Below, piece by piece: positions 29,207 to 43,038 of a stretch of DNA of 64,000 bases. The DNA is from Eledone cirrhosa (taxonomy: Eukaryota). Every line of letters starts with the position of its first letter. The first letter of the stretch is position 1. Below the pieces are notes generated by a model that ran no database searches, was not told where the DNA came from, and saw only the letters and a program-made list of their open reading frames with translations. A program made the translations under genes and the position numbers. The stretch is from positions 16,926,001 to 16,990,000 of the forward strand of contig OZ024755.1 in the NCBI GenBank assembly GCA_964016885.1, in the 5' to 3' direction.

Positions 29207-29390
29207 GTGGATTGGCAGTATCGGTAGAGGGGGTCGGACGCTATGCTTTGACGCATAGAGTTACGGACCTTTCCATTCTGAGTTCAAATCCCGCCGAGGT
29301 TAGCTTTGCCTTTCATCCTTACGGGGTCGATAAAATAAAATACCAGTAATGCACTGGGTAATTGCTGGCCTTGTGTCAAAAGTAGAAACA
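29207..29390 (+). mobile_element. SINE A with 7-bp target-site duplication gttatct
   Basis: Full-length unit with the same 7-mer on both sides. Confidence 0.9.
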
Positions 29391-29510
29391 GTTATCTATC
29401 ATTGAATAGCATGCTTTGTGGTGTTTGTGGTGTTTGTTTGCTGAGCTCTGAGTTCAAATACCACCCAAGTCTTGCCTTTCACCTTTTCAAAGCCGATAAA
29501 AACGTATCAG

Positions 29511-31015
29511 TCCAGTAGTACTGGGGGTCGATTCTCCCTCTCCTCTCCAGTAGTACTGGGGGTCGATTCTCCCTCTCCTCTCCAGTAGTACTGGGGGTCG
29601 ATTCTCCCTCTCCTCTCCAGTAGTACTGGGGGTAGATTCTCCCTCTCCTCTCCAGTAGTACTGGGGGTAGATTCTCCCTCTCATCTCCAGTAGTACTGGG
29701 GGTCGATTCTCCCACTCCTCTCCAGTAGTACTGGGGGTCGATTCTCCCTCTCCTTTCCAGTAGTACTGGGGGTCGATTCTCCCTCTCCTCTCCAGTAGTA
29801 CTGGGGGTCGATTCTCCCTCTCCTCTCCAGTAGTACTGGGGGTCGATTCTCCCTCTCCTCTCCAGTAGTACTGGGGGTAGATTCTCCCTCTCCTCTCCAG
29901 TAGTACTGGGGGTAGATTCTCCCTCTCATCTCCAGTAGTACTGGGGGTCGATTCTCCCACTCCTCTCCAGTAGTACTGGGGGTCGATTCTCCCTCTCCTT
30001 TCCAGTAGTACTGGGGGTCGATTCTCCCTCTCCTCTCCAGTAGTACTGGGGGTCGATTCTCCCACTCCTCTCCAGTAGTACTGGGGGTCGATTCTCCCTC
30101 TCATCTCCAGTAGTACTGGGGGTCGATTCTCCCACTCCTCTCCAGTAGTACTGGGGGTCGATTCTCCCTCTCCTCTCCAGTAGTACTGGGGGTAGATTCT
30201 CCCTCTCTTCTCCAGTAGTACTGGGGGTCGATTCTCCCTCTCCTTTCCAGTAGTACTGGGGGTCGATTCTCCCACTCCTCTCCAGTAGTACTGGGGGTCG
30301 ATTCTCCCTCTCCTCTCCAGTAGTACTGGGGGTAGATTCTCCCTCTCTTCTCCAGTAGTACTGGGGGTCGATTCTCCCTCTCCTTTCCAGTAGTACTGGG
30401 GGTCGATTCTCCCTCTCCTCTCCAGTAGTACTGGGTGTCGATTCTCCCTCTCATCTCCAGTAGTACTGGGGATCGATTCTCCCTCTCATCTCCAGTAGTA
30501 CTGGGGGTCGATTCTCCCTCTCCTTTCCAGTAGTACTGGGGATCGATTCTCCCTCTCATCTCCAGTAGTACTGGGTGTCGATTCTCCCTCTCCTTTCCAG
30601 TAGTACTGGGGGTCGATTCTCCCTCTCCTCTCCAGTAGTACTGGGGGTCGATTCTCCCTCTCATCTCCAGTAGTACTGGGGGTCGATTCTCCCACTCCTC
30701 TCCAGTAGTACTGGGGGTCGATTCTCCCTCTCCTTTCCAGTAGTACTGGGGGTCGATTCTCCCTCTCCTCTCCAGTAGTACTGGGGGTCGATTCTCCCTC
30801 TCCTCTCCAGTAGTACTGGGGGTAGATTCTCCCTCTCCTCTCCAGTAGTACTGGGGGTCGATTCTCCCTCTCCTCTCCAGTAGTACTGGGGGTCGATTCT
30901 CCCACTCCTCTCCAGTAGTACTGGGGGTCGATTCTCCCTCTCCTCTCCAGTAGTACTGGGGGTCGATTCTCCCACTCCTCTCCAGTAGTACTGGGGGTCG
31001 ATTCTCCCTCTCCTC
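29511..31015. repeat. 35-bp tandem repeat, 43 units, inside an old SINE
   Basis: tccagtagtactgggggtcgattctccctctcctc; SINE head to the left (29410-29510), SINE tail to the right (31016-31130). Confidence 0.97.
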
Positions 31016-31269
31016 TCCTCCTCTCTCCCTTTCTTAAAGAAATTGACTATGTTCAAACCTGGAGAGGAGATGGGCTTCGCCAAGTTTTAAGAAACAGCGC
31101 ATATCATGACGGCACTCTCTCTCCCCAGTTCCATTGACCCTGTGTATATATACTGTGTATATATACTGTATATATATACTGTATATATATATATATACTG
31201 TATATATATATACATACAGGGTTGGTTTAACGACTTGCGACTCCTACATTTATTCATTTTGTGCGTGTG

Positions 31270-31320
<51 letters not shown>

Positions 31321-31567
31321 GGTAACACAACAATTAGTTCACCATACCAAGAACAATTGTTTCACTTTAGCGGATCCTCAGCACGTACTCCTATATATGA
31401 TACTAAATAATCTTTTACCTGTCTCAACATATAACCATGTTATTCGAAGGCTTCGACAATGCGAAGCTGACAGTAAATTTTGAAAATTGATTTTGAAGGC
31501 AACGGAGGTGTAACTGTTATTTTATTTAACTATAATATAACATACAACTATTATTGTTTAATTTCAG

Positions 31568-31629
31568 ATGAACAGGAAAGAGTTCAAAAGAAGACATTTA
31601 CCAACTGGATGAATACATATTTATGTCAG
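31568..31629 (+). CDS. SYNE1: Nesprin-1-like exon, start of CH1 (DEQERVQKKTFTNWMNTYLCQ)
   Basis: tttcag acceptor, gtattg donor, canonical ABS1 motif QKKTFTNW. Confidence 0.93.
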
Positions 31630-31839
31630 GTATTGATTTTAAATAAATATAATTTATGCACTCTTTCATCCTTTTATTTATTCAGTTTTTTAGACTAGGT
31701 ACATGTATGTATGTGTGATTGTGTATGTGTGTGTATGTATGTGTGTTTATATGTATGTATCTTGAAGTCATCAGTAGTTGAACATGCAAATTCTGTTAGC
31801 ATGTACTCCTCTCAAAGGCTGGTTAGGTTAATCACTTGA

Positions 31840-32090
31840 AGACACAAGAAAGAATAACCACCTGCAACACCACCCAACAAAGACCTGGTGAAACAACATG
31901 GATGATCTGCAACAAAGTGTGTAGAACTAATTCCGGACTAAAACAACACATGGTGGTGCATAAAGATTGTGTCCCACAGGTTGATCCTCCACCGGTCCTG
32001 TGGAAAGCACACCTTTCTTCTGTTGCCTGTGTCATAAACCGTGCAGATCTACAGCCGAATAACAAAGTCATAGATGAACACTCTCTATCC
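31840..32090 (+). mobile_element. Decayed LINE 3' fragment with C2H2-like finger remnant
   Basis: ICNKVCRTNSGLKQHMVVHK, intronic, no splice support. Confidence 0.45.
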
Positions 32091-32093
32091 ACA

Positions 32094-32576
32094 ATGGCTT
32101 AGTGGTTAGAGCATTGGCCTTGCAATCGAAAGGTTGTGAGTTCAATTCTCGGACTGGGTGATGTGTTGTTTCCTTGAGCAAGACACTTTATTTCACATTG
32201 CTCCAGTTTACTCAGCTGTAGAAATGAGATGATAGGGACTGGGGTCCATATCATTCCACTGTAAAGTGGTCGTGGAGGTGCCACAGCAAAAAAAGCACCC
32301 AGCACTCACTGTAAAGTGGTCGTGGAGGTGCCACAGCAAAAAAAGCACCCAGCACTCACTGTAAAGTGGACGTGTAGGTGCCACGGCAACAAAGCACCCA
32401 GCACTCACTGTAAAGTGGACGTGAAGGTGCCACGGCAAAAAAGCACCCAGCACTCACTGTAAATGAGGTTGGTGGTAGGAAGGGCATCCAGCTGTAGAAA
32501 TCTAGCCAGAATCAGTTCCCGTCCCACCCTTGCAAGCAGGGAAAAGCGGACGTAAAATGATGATGATGATGATGAT
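32094..32576 (+). mobile_element. SINE B with internal about 53-bp unit expanded about 4 times
   Basis: cactgtaaagtggtcgtggaggtgccacagcaaaaaaagcacccagcact repeated between centre and tail. Confidence 0.9.
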
Positions 32577-33153
32577 AGAAATGCCAGTCCCTGAGATAAA
32601 TAAAAACAAAATAAACAGCCAATCAACCCAACGCAGCATCAACATTGAACTGGTGGACAAACAATCTCAAAATTCTTTACTCAAACAAGGGTATGCTGAT
32701 CTCAACAATCTATCCAACCCATGCCAGTCTGGAAGGCAAATGTAAAATGATGATGATGATTATAATGGCTTAGCTAAAAAAACGATTATTAATAATTGAA
32801 GAAACTGTTAAAGCTAGTTATATATTGTACAAGTGGGCTAATATAGCCTTATGTTATTGCAAAAAACTAAATTGATATAATTGACACTGCAGTATAGAAG
32901 CAGTGAAATTACGAAAGTAGAAAAAAACGTTTAATTTTTTTTCCCTACCCATCCTAAAATCTGAGTGTTTGCGCTGTGTATGTGTGTGTATATGTGTGTT
33001 ATGGTATGTTATAACATGGATGTTTTAGAAACTTAATACATCAAATATTCTTACATTGAAATAGGATGTAAGTTCTCTGCACATATGCATACTCTGATAC
33101 ATGTGGCGAACACACACACACACACACATTTTATATATTTAATATATATATAT

Positions 33154-33416
33154 ATGGTGGCTGCCAACTCGTTTTCGAGTACGGCCACTACTTTATATCC
33201 ATGTAGGAGAACCCCTACCGATGCGCTGAACGAGTGTGACTTTTTAGTCCAGCCAGCGACTTGAAAACTCTGGTACAAACACTGCACTTGTGACAATTAT
33301 TGACACATAGTGCTGGGCCCTTGGTACCATGTGACGACAAGTGCAGAGAGATCTCCAGATATAAAGCAATGCCTGTGCCGTGAAGCTTTTATAGTGAGCA
33401 AAGGCACTGCACAAAC
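33154..33416 (-). mobile_element. RTE-like LINE family 2 3' fragment, within (TA)n
   Basis: Near-identical to 11701-11960. Confidence 0.75.
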
Positions 33417-33954
33417 ATATATACACGTACATACGTATATATACATATACATACACATAATGTTCCATCTTCACTGGAAGCCATTATCTAACAGCAATAA
33501 TTGTTTTTGCTGTTCAAAGACTTAATCACTATAGAGACAGTCATGCAAAGGTTGTTGGTTTAAATGCCAATATAAAACCATTAACTCTTCTACTAAACAA
33601 TGACAAGACACATAAAATATGGCATATAACATACAACTAGCAGAACATAGTTGTTTCTGTTGAATAGCACCAGTGAAGTGTATACAAGTCAATTAATCTG
33701 GTATTTGGAAGCAGGCCACAAGTATTGCATACTTTACTCTATGGCATATTGCATTTACCAACCAACAAAAAAATCTCCATGTGGTTGCTTAACAAGCTAG
33801 AAATAGCAATGCAATTCTTTCAAATCATGCCCTAACATACTAAAAAAAAGGGGTATGTTGGGCTATGTTCAAATTTCATGCTTGTCTGACACATTGAAGT
33901 GGATGGAGTCACAACATCGGACTCACCAAAGATCGTACTGTTGTGCAAGAGTTT

Positions 33955-34492
33955 CATCACCTACATCAGTCGGTGGGCCCCAAGTAGCTCTGGTATCATA
34001 GTAGAAGGGCAGAAACACTTACATCAATGAGTGGTCACTAGTTGCTCTGGTGTCACAGTAGAAGGGGCAGAATCACCTACATCAGTGGCTGGCTCCTAGT
34101 AGCTCTGGTGTCTCAGTAGAAGGGGCTAATACACCTACATCAATGAGTGGTCCCTAGTAGCTCTGGTGTCATAGTAGAAGGAGCAGAAACACCTACATCA
34201 GTGAGTGGTCCCTAGTAGCTCTGGTGTCACAGTAGAAGGAGCAGAAACACCTACATCAATGAGTGGTCCCTAGTAGCTCTGGTGTCACAGTAGAAGGGGC
34301 TAAGACACCTACATCAATGAGTGGTCCTTAGTTGCTCTGGTGTCACAGTAGAAGGGGCTAAAACACCTACATCAATGAGTGGTCCCTAGTTGCTCTGGTG
34401 TCACAGTAGAAGGGGCATAATCACCTACATCAGTGGCTGGCCCCTAGTAGCTCTGGTTGGTGTCACAGTAGAAGGGTCTAAGACACCTACAG
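33955..34492. repeat. About 59-bp tandem repeat, about 9 copies
   Basis: cacctacatcaatgagtggtccctagtagctctggtgtcacagtagaaggggc... Confidence 0.93.
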
Positions 34493-35281
34493 AGTTACTT
34501 CACTGCCTGATGAGACATCAGCTCCTGTATTGAGAGATAGTACAGCAACACCTCACCACAGATCTGTGTTTACCAAACATTTTAACAAAACTAAATTCAC
34601 TCAAAATGTACCTTACTGTCTTACAAAATGGATGAAAACAACAAAGCTGTTGAGTTTATATGAAGTAAGAATATATTAGAAAAGCTGGTATCATCATCAT
34701 CAATGTTTAATTTTTCCATGCTTGCATGGGTTAGATGGGTTGTCTATATTATGAGACAACGTCTGGCCTATTGGTCACACCATACTTTGCTCAAATTGAA
34801 CTGTATTACTGAGTTACTTCACTGCCTGATAAGACATTAGCTCCTGTATTGAGTGACAGTACAGCAGTACCTCAACGCAGATCTGTATTTACCAAACATT
34901 TAGCATATATACATGATGAAATGCTCATTGCTGATTTGCTTTTGATCATAAGTCTGCTCAATCAGGACTGACTCAGAGTTAAACAGCAACAATAACCACC
35001 AATTGTATTTGTGACCAAGACAGCCAAATACTCATTGTAGTAGGTAGCTTGTTGTTCAGCTCAATAAAGCTAACCTTGGCAGGATTTGAACCCAGAACGT
35101 AAAGGGACGTAACTTTATGCCACAAAGCATGGTGTCCGGCACTCTAACAATACTATCAATCCCCCACCCTTATAGAATAAATAATAACCTTTAAATTCTA
35201 GTGTTTGGTAATTCTCTGAATGAAAATAATGAATTACCTCAAAAGGATATTGATTTTGAATTTTTACAATGTTTTTTTCAG

Positions 35282-35377
35282 CATGACCCGCCCTTGAAAG
35301 TAGAAGATCTGTTCTCCGACATCAAGAATGGATTGGTATTACTTTATTTACTTGAGGTTCTCACTGGGGAAAAACTG
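35282..35377 (+). CDS. SYNE1: Nesprin-1-like exon, CH1 (HDPPLKVEDLFSDIKNGLVLLYLLEVLTGEKL)
   Basis: ttttttcag acceptor, gtaagt donor, CH1 motif DLF.D...G..LL.LLEVL.GEKL, phase 0-0. Confidence 0.95.
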
Positions 35378-35844
35378 GTAAGTTGCTACTAATTTTACCT
35401 ATTGTTGTTGTTGCTGTTGTTGAGAAGGAGAGGGTCAGGTGGCAGAGTCCTCAAACACTCCTTTTAGCAGGTCCTGTCAGAAGCAATTGACTATGGCGGG
35501 ATTTGAACAGTAGAGAGCTAGACCAAATATTGAGGCATTTTTAATTTGAGGCCCTAAAAATTCTGTCTTTTTCAGCAGAGTAAACTCTGTTAAAGGCCCC
35601 CTACCCCAAGGGTGACAGTTTTTAAACTAGGCAATGTGTTAGGTCTGTAAGTGGTTAAGTCTATAATACCACCAGCAGTAATTATTCTAGATCTTAATCA
35701 TATGGCTGCTCAAATTATTTTTGTAGAATTTCTTAATCTTCAATGGAAAATGGTAAATGGTCTGGTAGTTTAAAAAAAGATCTAATGACACTGAAGAATT
35801 TCTAATATTTTTAATATTTATGAATTTTAATATTTATAAATGCG

Positions 35845-36030
35845 GTGGATTGGCAGTATCGGGAGAGGGTCTGACGCCATGCTTTGCAGCAAAGAGTTAC
35901 GGCCCTTTATGGTCTGAGTTCAAATCTCACCGAGGTTAACTTTGCCTTTCATCCTTACGGGGTCGATAAAATAAAGTACCAGTAATACACTGATATAATT
36001 GCTGGCCTTGTACCAAAAGTAGAAACAATT
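35845..36030 (+). mobile_element. SINE A
   Basis: Full-length unit. Confidence 0.88.
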
Positions 36031-36260
36031 TTTATGAATTTTAAACACACTCACAAACATGTGTACACACACATACACACACTGGCATTGTTTTCATATA
36101 GTATCTATGTGTTCTTGTATGTATGTGTGTGTATATATGTATATGTACAAAGAGGGTGTGGTAAGATACCAGGTGGACCATAACGCACCAGAGTACTCAA
36201 TACTTAGGGTAGTAGAGTGGGTAATAGGAAAAGAGTCAGGATTGACTCTTCTCCTATATG

Positions 36261-36291
<31 letters not shown>

Positions 36292-36994
36292 ATGTGTGTC
36301 TAATTATATGAACATGTGTGTGTATGTGTGTCTAATTATATGAACGTGTGTGTGTGTCTAATTATATGAACACATGTGTGCAAATGTGAGTGTATATGTG
36401 AATATGAGTATGTGTGTGTGTGCTTATGAATAATGCAACTGTTGTCTGATGGATCTAAAATCAATTCTTAGTGAGGTCAACTCGACTTTTTATCACTGAT
36501 TATTCTATATATCATGTACCCTATATATTATATACCCTGTTGATATTACAGTGGGATAAATATGTAAAATCCACCCTTATCTATCAGAAGATCACATTCA
36601 GAATTAAAATATTACTGAGTCCATCTCTGCCTTTCATCTTTCCTGAATTAAAACCCAAGCTTCTTCGTCAACTAAAAGATTCAGTATTTCCTTTCACCCT
36701 TCCCCTCTCCCCTCAATGTAGCAACAGTCACTCAACCACTGCTCTAACATATCTTACTCTGTCTGTTTCCTACTCCTATTTCTGTTCTTCTTTCAAGCAG
36801 TAAATGTAACAATAACTATTATAATAGCAGATGTACTTTGTAACTATTTTGACTGGTATGTATGAAGATGTGTATGTCTAGGAAAAGATGTTGTCTGTTA
36901 TGGTATCACATTATAATCAGTTTATTTATGAGGGCACCACTTGGGTGGCAGACTTAATCTGTCATTATTTTAACTGGTTTAACTTTACCATTTG

Positions 36995-37245
36995 CTACGT
37001 ATGTGTCTTTAGTGGAGTTTAACTGCTGTATGTATTTGAGCCAGATCTCAACATTACCACTTGGTAGATGTGTCTTTAGTGGAGTTCAACTGCTGTATGT
37101 ATTTGAGCCAGGTCTCAACATTACCACCTGGTACATATGTCTTTAGTGGAATTCAACTGTTGTATTCATTGAGCCAGGTCTCAACATTGCTACCTGGCAC
37201 ATAGGTATCTTTAGTGAAGTTCAACTGTTGTATATATTTGAGCCC
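36995..37245. repeat. About 67-bp tandem repeat, about 4 diverged copies
   Basis: gtctttagtggagttcaactgctgtatgtatttgagccaggtctcaacattacc. Confidence 0.85.
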
Positions 37246-37247
37246 AC

Positions 37248-37490
37248 AGTATGTGCAAGCATCGACATGGCTAGTTGGGACACATCACACAACTCTCAAG
37301 AGAGAGACATGCTTATTAGGTATTGTATTGGTACCATGGAATGTGGTGAAGAGGGCGTCCCTTGATGAACTGGCAGCAGACAATTGACAGGGAGCTGAAA
37401 CCTGTAAAAAAAGTTGGAATGATGAATTGTTAGATGCAACTGACCTGTGGTGGTCATTGAAGCACTTTGGATGCCTCATGTATCTCAAGA
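37248..37490 (+). mobile_element. Highly decayed RTE-like ORF2 3' remnant
   Basis: Frameshifted LGHI...GRPLMNWQQTIDRELK pattern. Confidence 0.45.
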
Positions 37491-38084
37491 CATGGGATGT
37501 ATTGATAGATACAATTGACCATGGTCATTGTTACTGCCTCATGAGTCTCAAAACGTTAGAGCTTCTAAATTTAAGTAAGTCAGGTCTCCTACTTGAGGAT
37601 ACATTCCTCCCATCAATCATAGAGCCCCTGAAAAAGGGTCACTGGCATTATTTTTCTCTTCTTGACTAAACAGTATAAAAAATTAAAAAAATTGTCTCCT
37701 GAAATCTACTTTGCCGGAGATCAACACCAGATTAAGATAACACCGAAACAATGTTTAATCTTTGGGGTGTAATTTGAGCAAAGTTATAAATCTATAGTCA
37801 CTAGAAAAGATCAACAGATATTGTAATGTCTGACTTTGGTGGTTTTTTTTACATGTGAATTTGATAGATTTAGGTGTGTTGTGTTCATGTATAGGGAAGG
37901 TGAGGTGTTGGAAGATTGTTTTCTTGATATATATATACGCAGTGACTGTATATCTATCTATAAGTAATGAAGATGTTAAACCAGACAATAACAATGATGA
38001 TGATGACTGTATCTTGATACTGTTAAAGGACACTAGTTTGTCATGTGTGTGTGTGGGGGGGGGGGGGAAAGTAGAGCTCTGGGA

Positions 38085-38285
38085 GATTTTCCCCTATGAA
38101 CGAAAGGTCAGCTGTATGACACTTGTGTGCAAAGGGCCAATCTGTGTGGTTGTGAGACATGAGCAGTGAGGATATGCAAAGGCAGGAGAGCTTTGGTGGA
38201 TGTGCAATATTAATGTGTGAGACTAACAAAGAATGGATAAATTAAGGGAGAAACTGGGTAAAAGAGGAATCAGAAGTAGTGTGTT
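38085..38285 (+). mobile_element. Decayed RTE ORF2 internal fragment
   Basis: KGQLYDTCVQRANLCGCET*AV...WMCNINV...LREKLG. Confidence 0.65.
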
Positions 38286-39207
38286 CACTCAGGAGTGAAG
38301 TATTTGAGTAATGGAGAGGACATCTTTGGGGTTAACCAGAGAAATTTTCACACTGTCTAGCTGTATTTGAGTAATGGAGGGAATATCTCCAGGATCTTAT
38401 TGGGTTGAGGGTAACCAGGGAAATGTTCACAGTGTGTAGCTGTGTGTGTATGAGGGTGAGGCTAGTTGGGGTTAATAAGGGTATTTTGGGAGGAGTTTCT
38501 TTGTAAATGTAGGGTAGCAGATGTTGTTTTATCTGCAGGAGTGCTACTTACAGAACTATTATAACTAAGGGGTGACAGGAAAGAGGGTTATGTTAAATGT
38601 GTGGGATTTCTTTTGGCAAAGGAACAGAAGGCCTAGGCTTACATTGGGGGAGCAAAAGAAGTAGTTTTGGTTGTTACAGAACAAACACACTTTACATGTT
38701 TGTTTTTCCATGCAATTGAAACAGATATGGCAAATACTCTATGTTGAATACTTTTATAAAGTTAAATGCAGTAGGATAATAAGTGAACATGGTCCTCTCT
38801 ATCATAGCATTAGTAAAGTATAATGCTGTGGAAACTGTGTACAGTTTTAAGATAGATTATAGATTAACATAGTCCTTCTCAACTGTATCTTTGATAAAGT
38901 ATAATGCTGTATAGGGCAGTCTATTATATCAATACCAGTACCTTACTGGTACTTCTATCAACCTCAGAAGGATGAAAGGCAAAGCTGACCTCAGCAGAAC
39001 TTGAACTCAGAATGTAAAAGACTGTAATAAATACCATAAGGTAGACATGCACATCCTGTCCTATCTTTTAAAGTCTATCTAGGACTATACTATTTGATGT
39101 AGCCTTCTCTATTTTAAGTGATTTGATTTGAGGGATTTGGCTGCTATTTCTTGTAGGTCGAGTGAGGTTCTCTCATTGACTCTTGTTTATCGAGGTCTTA
39201 TTGTTCT

Positions 39208-41312
39208 CTTGGTGGTGATAGTGATGATGGTGGTGGTGTGTGGTGATAGTGATGATGGTGGTGTATGGTGATAGTGTTGATGGTGGTGGTGTGTGGTGAT
39301 AGTGATGATGGTGGTGGTGTGTGGTGATAGTGATGATGGTGGTGGTGTGTGGTGATAGTGATGATGGTGGTGGTGTGTGGTGATAGTGGTGTAGTGATGA
39401 TTTGGTGATTGTGGTGTTGGTGGTGGACATGGGGGAGAACATGGTGACCATGCTGGTAGACATGGCAGTGGTGGTGTTGTAGTGGAGGTGTGTAGTGATG
39501 ATGGTGGTGTAGTGGTGGGTGAGATGATAGTGTTAGTGGTGGTGGTGGTGGTGTAGTGGTGGGTGAGATGATAGTGTTAGTAGTAGTGGTGTTGGTGTAG
39601 TGGTGGGTGAGATGATAGTGATAGTAGTGGTGGTGGTGGTGTAGTGGTGGTGGTGGTGGTGTAGTGGTGGGTGAGATGATAGTGATGGTAGTGGTGGTGG
39701 TGGTGTAGTGGTGGGTGAGATGATAGTGTTAGTAGTAGTGGTGGTGGTGGTGTAGTGGTGGGTGAGATGATAGTGTTAGTAGTAGTGGTGGTGGTGGTGT
39801 AGTGGTGGGTGAGATGATAGTGTTAGTAGTAGTGGTGGTGGTGGTGTAGTGGTGGGTGAGATGATAGTGTTAGTAGTAGTGGTGGTGGTGGTGTAGTGGT
39901 GGGTGAGATGATAGTGGTGGTGGTGGTGGTGGGTGAGATGATAGTGTTAGTAGTAGTGGTGGTGGTGGTGTAGTGGTGGGTGAGATGATAGTGATGATAG
40001 TGGTGGTGGTGGTGTAGTGGTGGGTGAGATGATAGTGATGGTACTAGTGGTGGTGGTGGTGTAGTGGTGGGTGAGATGATAGTGTTAGTAGTAGTGGTGG
40101 TGGTGGTGTAGTGGTGGGTGAGATGATAGTGATGGTACTAGTGGTGGTGGTGGTGTAGTGGTGGGTGAGATGATAGTGTTAGTAGTGGTGGTGGTGGTGT
40201 AGTGGTGGGTGAGATGATAGTGTTAGTAGTGGTGGTGGTGGTGTAGTGGTGGGTGAGATGATAGTGATGGTAGTGGTGGTGGTGGTGTAGTGGTGGGTGA
40301 GATGATAGTGTTAGTAGTGGTGGTGGTGGTGGTGTAGTGGTGGGTGAGATGATAGTGTTAGTAGTAGTGGTGGTGGTGGTGTAGTGGTTGGTGTGGTGAT
40401 AGTGTTGGTGGTGTAGTAGTGGTTGGTGTGGTGATAGTGTTGGTGGTGTAGTAGTGGTTGGTGTGGTGATAGTGTTGGTGGTGTAGTGGTTGGTGTGGTG
40501 ATAGTGTTGGTGGTGTAGTAGTGGTTGGTGTGGTGATAGTGTTGGTGGTGTAGTGGTTGGTGTGGTGATAGTGTTGGTGGTGTAGTGGTTGGTGTGGTGA
40601 TAGTGTTGGTGGTGTAGTGGTTGGTGTGGTGATAGTGTTGGTGGTGTAGTGGTTGGTGTGGTGATAGTGTTGGTGGTGTAGTAGTGGTTGGTGTGGTGAT
40701 AGTGTTGGTGGTGTAGTAGTGGTTGGTGTGGTGATAGTGTTGGTGGTGTAGTGGTTGGTGTGGTGATAGTGTTGGTGGTGTAGTGGTTGGTGTGGTGATA
40801 GTGTTGGTGGTGTAGTAGTGGTTGGTGGTGTAGTAGTGGTTTGTGTGGTGATAGTGTTGGTGGTGTAGTGGTTGGTGTGGTGATAGTGTTGGTGGTGTCG
40901 TGGTGGTGTGGTGATAGTGTTGGTGGTGTCGTGGTTGGTGTGGTGATAGTGTTGGTGGTGGTGTAGTGGTGGTGTGGTGATAGTGTTGGTGGTGTAGTGG
41001 TGGGTGTGGTGATAGTGTTGGTGGTGGTGTAGTGGTGGTGTGGTGATAGTGTTGGTGGTGTAGTGATAGTGTTGGTGGTGTAGTGGTGGTGTGGTGATAG
41101 TGTTGGTGGTGTAGTGGTGGGTGTGGTGATAGTGTTGGTGGTGGTGTAGTGGTGGTGTGGTGATAGTGTTGGTGGTGTAGTGGTGGTGTGGTGATAGTGT
41201 TGGTGGTGGTGTAGTGGTGGTGTGGTGATAGTGTTGGTGGTGTAGTGGTGGGTGTGGTGATAGTGTTGGTGGTGGTGTAGTGGTGGTGTGGTGATAGTGT
41301 TGGTGGTGTCGT
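39208..41312. repeat. 2.1-kb GTG/GTA-rich cryptic minisatellite with two sub-arrays (about 47-bp units to about 40385, then 32-35-bp units)
   Basis: Directly visible; source of the His/Thr/Pro pseudo-ORFs. Confidence 0.93.
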
Positions 41313-42102
41313 GTGAATCTTAACACAGTAAGTCTTTTGTGTTACAAACTCCTGGCTGTTGCCTAATGTAAACAAGACTAATTAGAAGAAAGTTTACACA
41401 GATGTACGGATGCATACACATATACACATGCACACATATACATATGCACACATATACACACACACACACATGCATATATACATAAACATGCTTATGTATA
41501 TACAAATGCACACACACACACAGACATATATACACACACACTCTCTCTTTCTCTCACACACATTCACATATATATATATATACACACACTGACACACATG
41601 CACACACACAGGCATATATACACACACACACACACACACACTCTCTCTTTCTCTCACACACATTCACATATATATATATACACACACTCACACACATGCA
41701 CACACACAGGCATATATACACACACACACACACACACACTCTCTCTTTCTCTCACACACATTCACATATATATATATATACACACACTCACACACATGCA
41801 CACACACAGGCATATATACACACACACTCTCTCTTTCTCTCGCACACATTCACATATATATATATATGCACACACTCACACACATGCACACACACAGGCA
41901 TATATATATACACACACTCTCTCTTTCTCTCGCACACATTCACATATATACACACACACTCACACACATGCACACACACTTACGCTTGCACATACACACT
42001 CACACGCTCTCACGCTCACACATACACACTCTCACACACTCATACTCGTACATACATACACACGCACACACACACACTTATGCTTGCACACACACACACA
42101 CT

Positions 42103-42133
<31 letters not shown>

Positions 42134-42669
42134 ACATTTTCACAAACACACGTACACTCACAAACACACACACTCATCCACCCACTCTCCCAACACACTT
42201 ATCTCATCCACTTTCTCACACACTCCACCTACACTCAGCCCCCCCCCCCTCCACCACTTATGAGAAAGAAGCCTGTGTTATATATATATAGTAAGGTCAT
42301 TATATCATCTTGAATACAAACTACTTTATATTATTTTTTGCCTAATTATTTCTGTATATAAATAATATTGTTTAGAATACATTAAGTTTGGTGTTGTATT
42401 TCTACTGCACCTTTATTGCACAAAAAACTTCATACTGCGCAGATATTGCATCAACTAGAAAATTTCCTAATTTACAAATTTATAGATGTTAGGTTAAAAT
42501 TTAATAAAAATTCACTGAATATTTTTGGTAACCTTTAGGAAATATTTTTATTGTTGTCTTATTTTCCTCCTCCTCTACAGCTGAATACCTTTACAGAGTG
42601 CACTGGGTGCCTTTGTGTATACACACACGCACACACACACACATATATATACATATATATAGACATACA

Positions 42670-42999
42670 TAGTTGTCCCCTGGTATTTGCAGAGGTTACA
42701 TTACTAGAGCATCTGCAAAGAGTGTAAAACTGCGAATATTGGACATGGTCCATAAAAATGCCTATAAACATCAAAACATAAAGTAAAATATAATAAAAAA
42801 ATAGGGAGCATCTTATGTGAAAGGGTGCGCAATAGGCCACCAAATATGGTATATTGTTATTAAAAAGCCATTAAAAAATTGGACAAGATATTTACGATTC
42901 CACGAATATGCGGTGGTCTCCATTAATAAGGTTCTAAGGAAAATTCCATGAATAACCAGGACCACGAATGTTGGGACTGCAAATGGTGGGGGTACACTG
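42670..42999. mobile_element. Tigger/pogo-type MITE
   Basis: Degenerate TIRs tagttgtcccctggtatttgc ... gcaaatggtgggggtacactg-TA. Confidence 0.6.
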
Positions 43000-43007
43000 T
43001 ATGTATA

Positions 43008-43034
<27 letters not shown>

Positions 43035-43038
<4 letters not shown>

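Noticed and set aside
29511-31015. CRISPR-like array (35-bp palindromic repeats)
   Set aside because: Units are contiguous with no unique spacers, there are no cas genes, and the array lies in a eukaryotic intron inside a SINE.
34492-34900. CTGATGA within a 90-bp direct duplication (about 34492 and 34811)
   Set aside because: No GAAA partner or stems; appears to be a simple local duplication.
40311-41375. His/Thr/Pro-rich minus-strand ORFs
   Set aside because: Translations of a GTG/GTA minisatellite.
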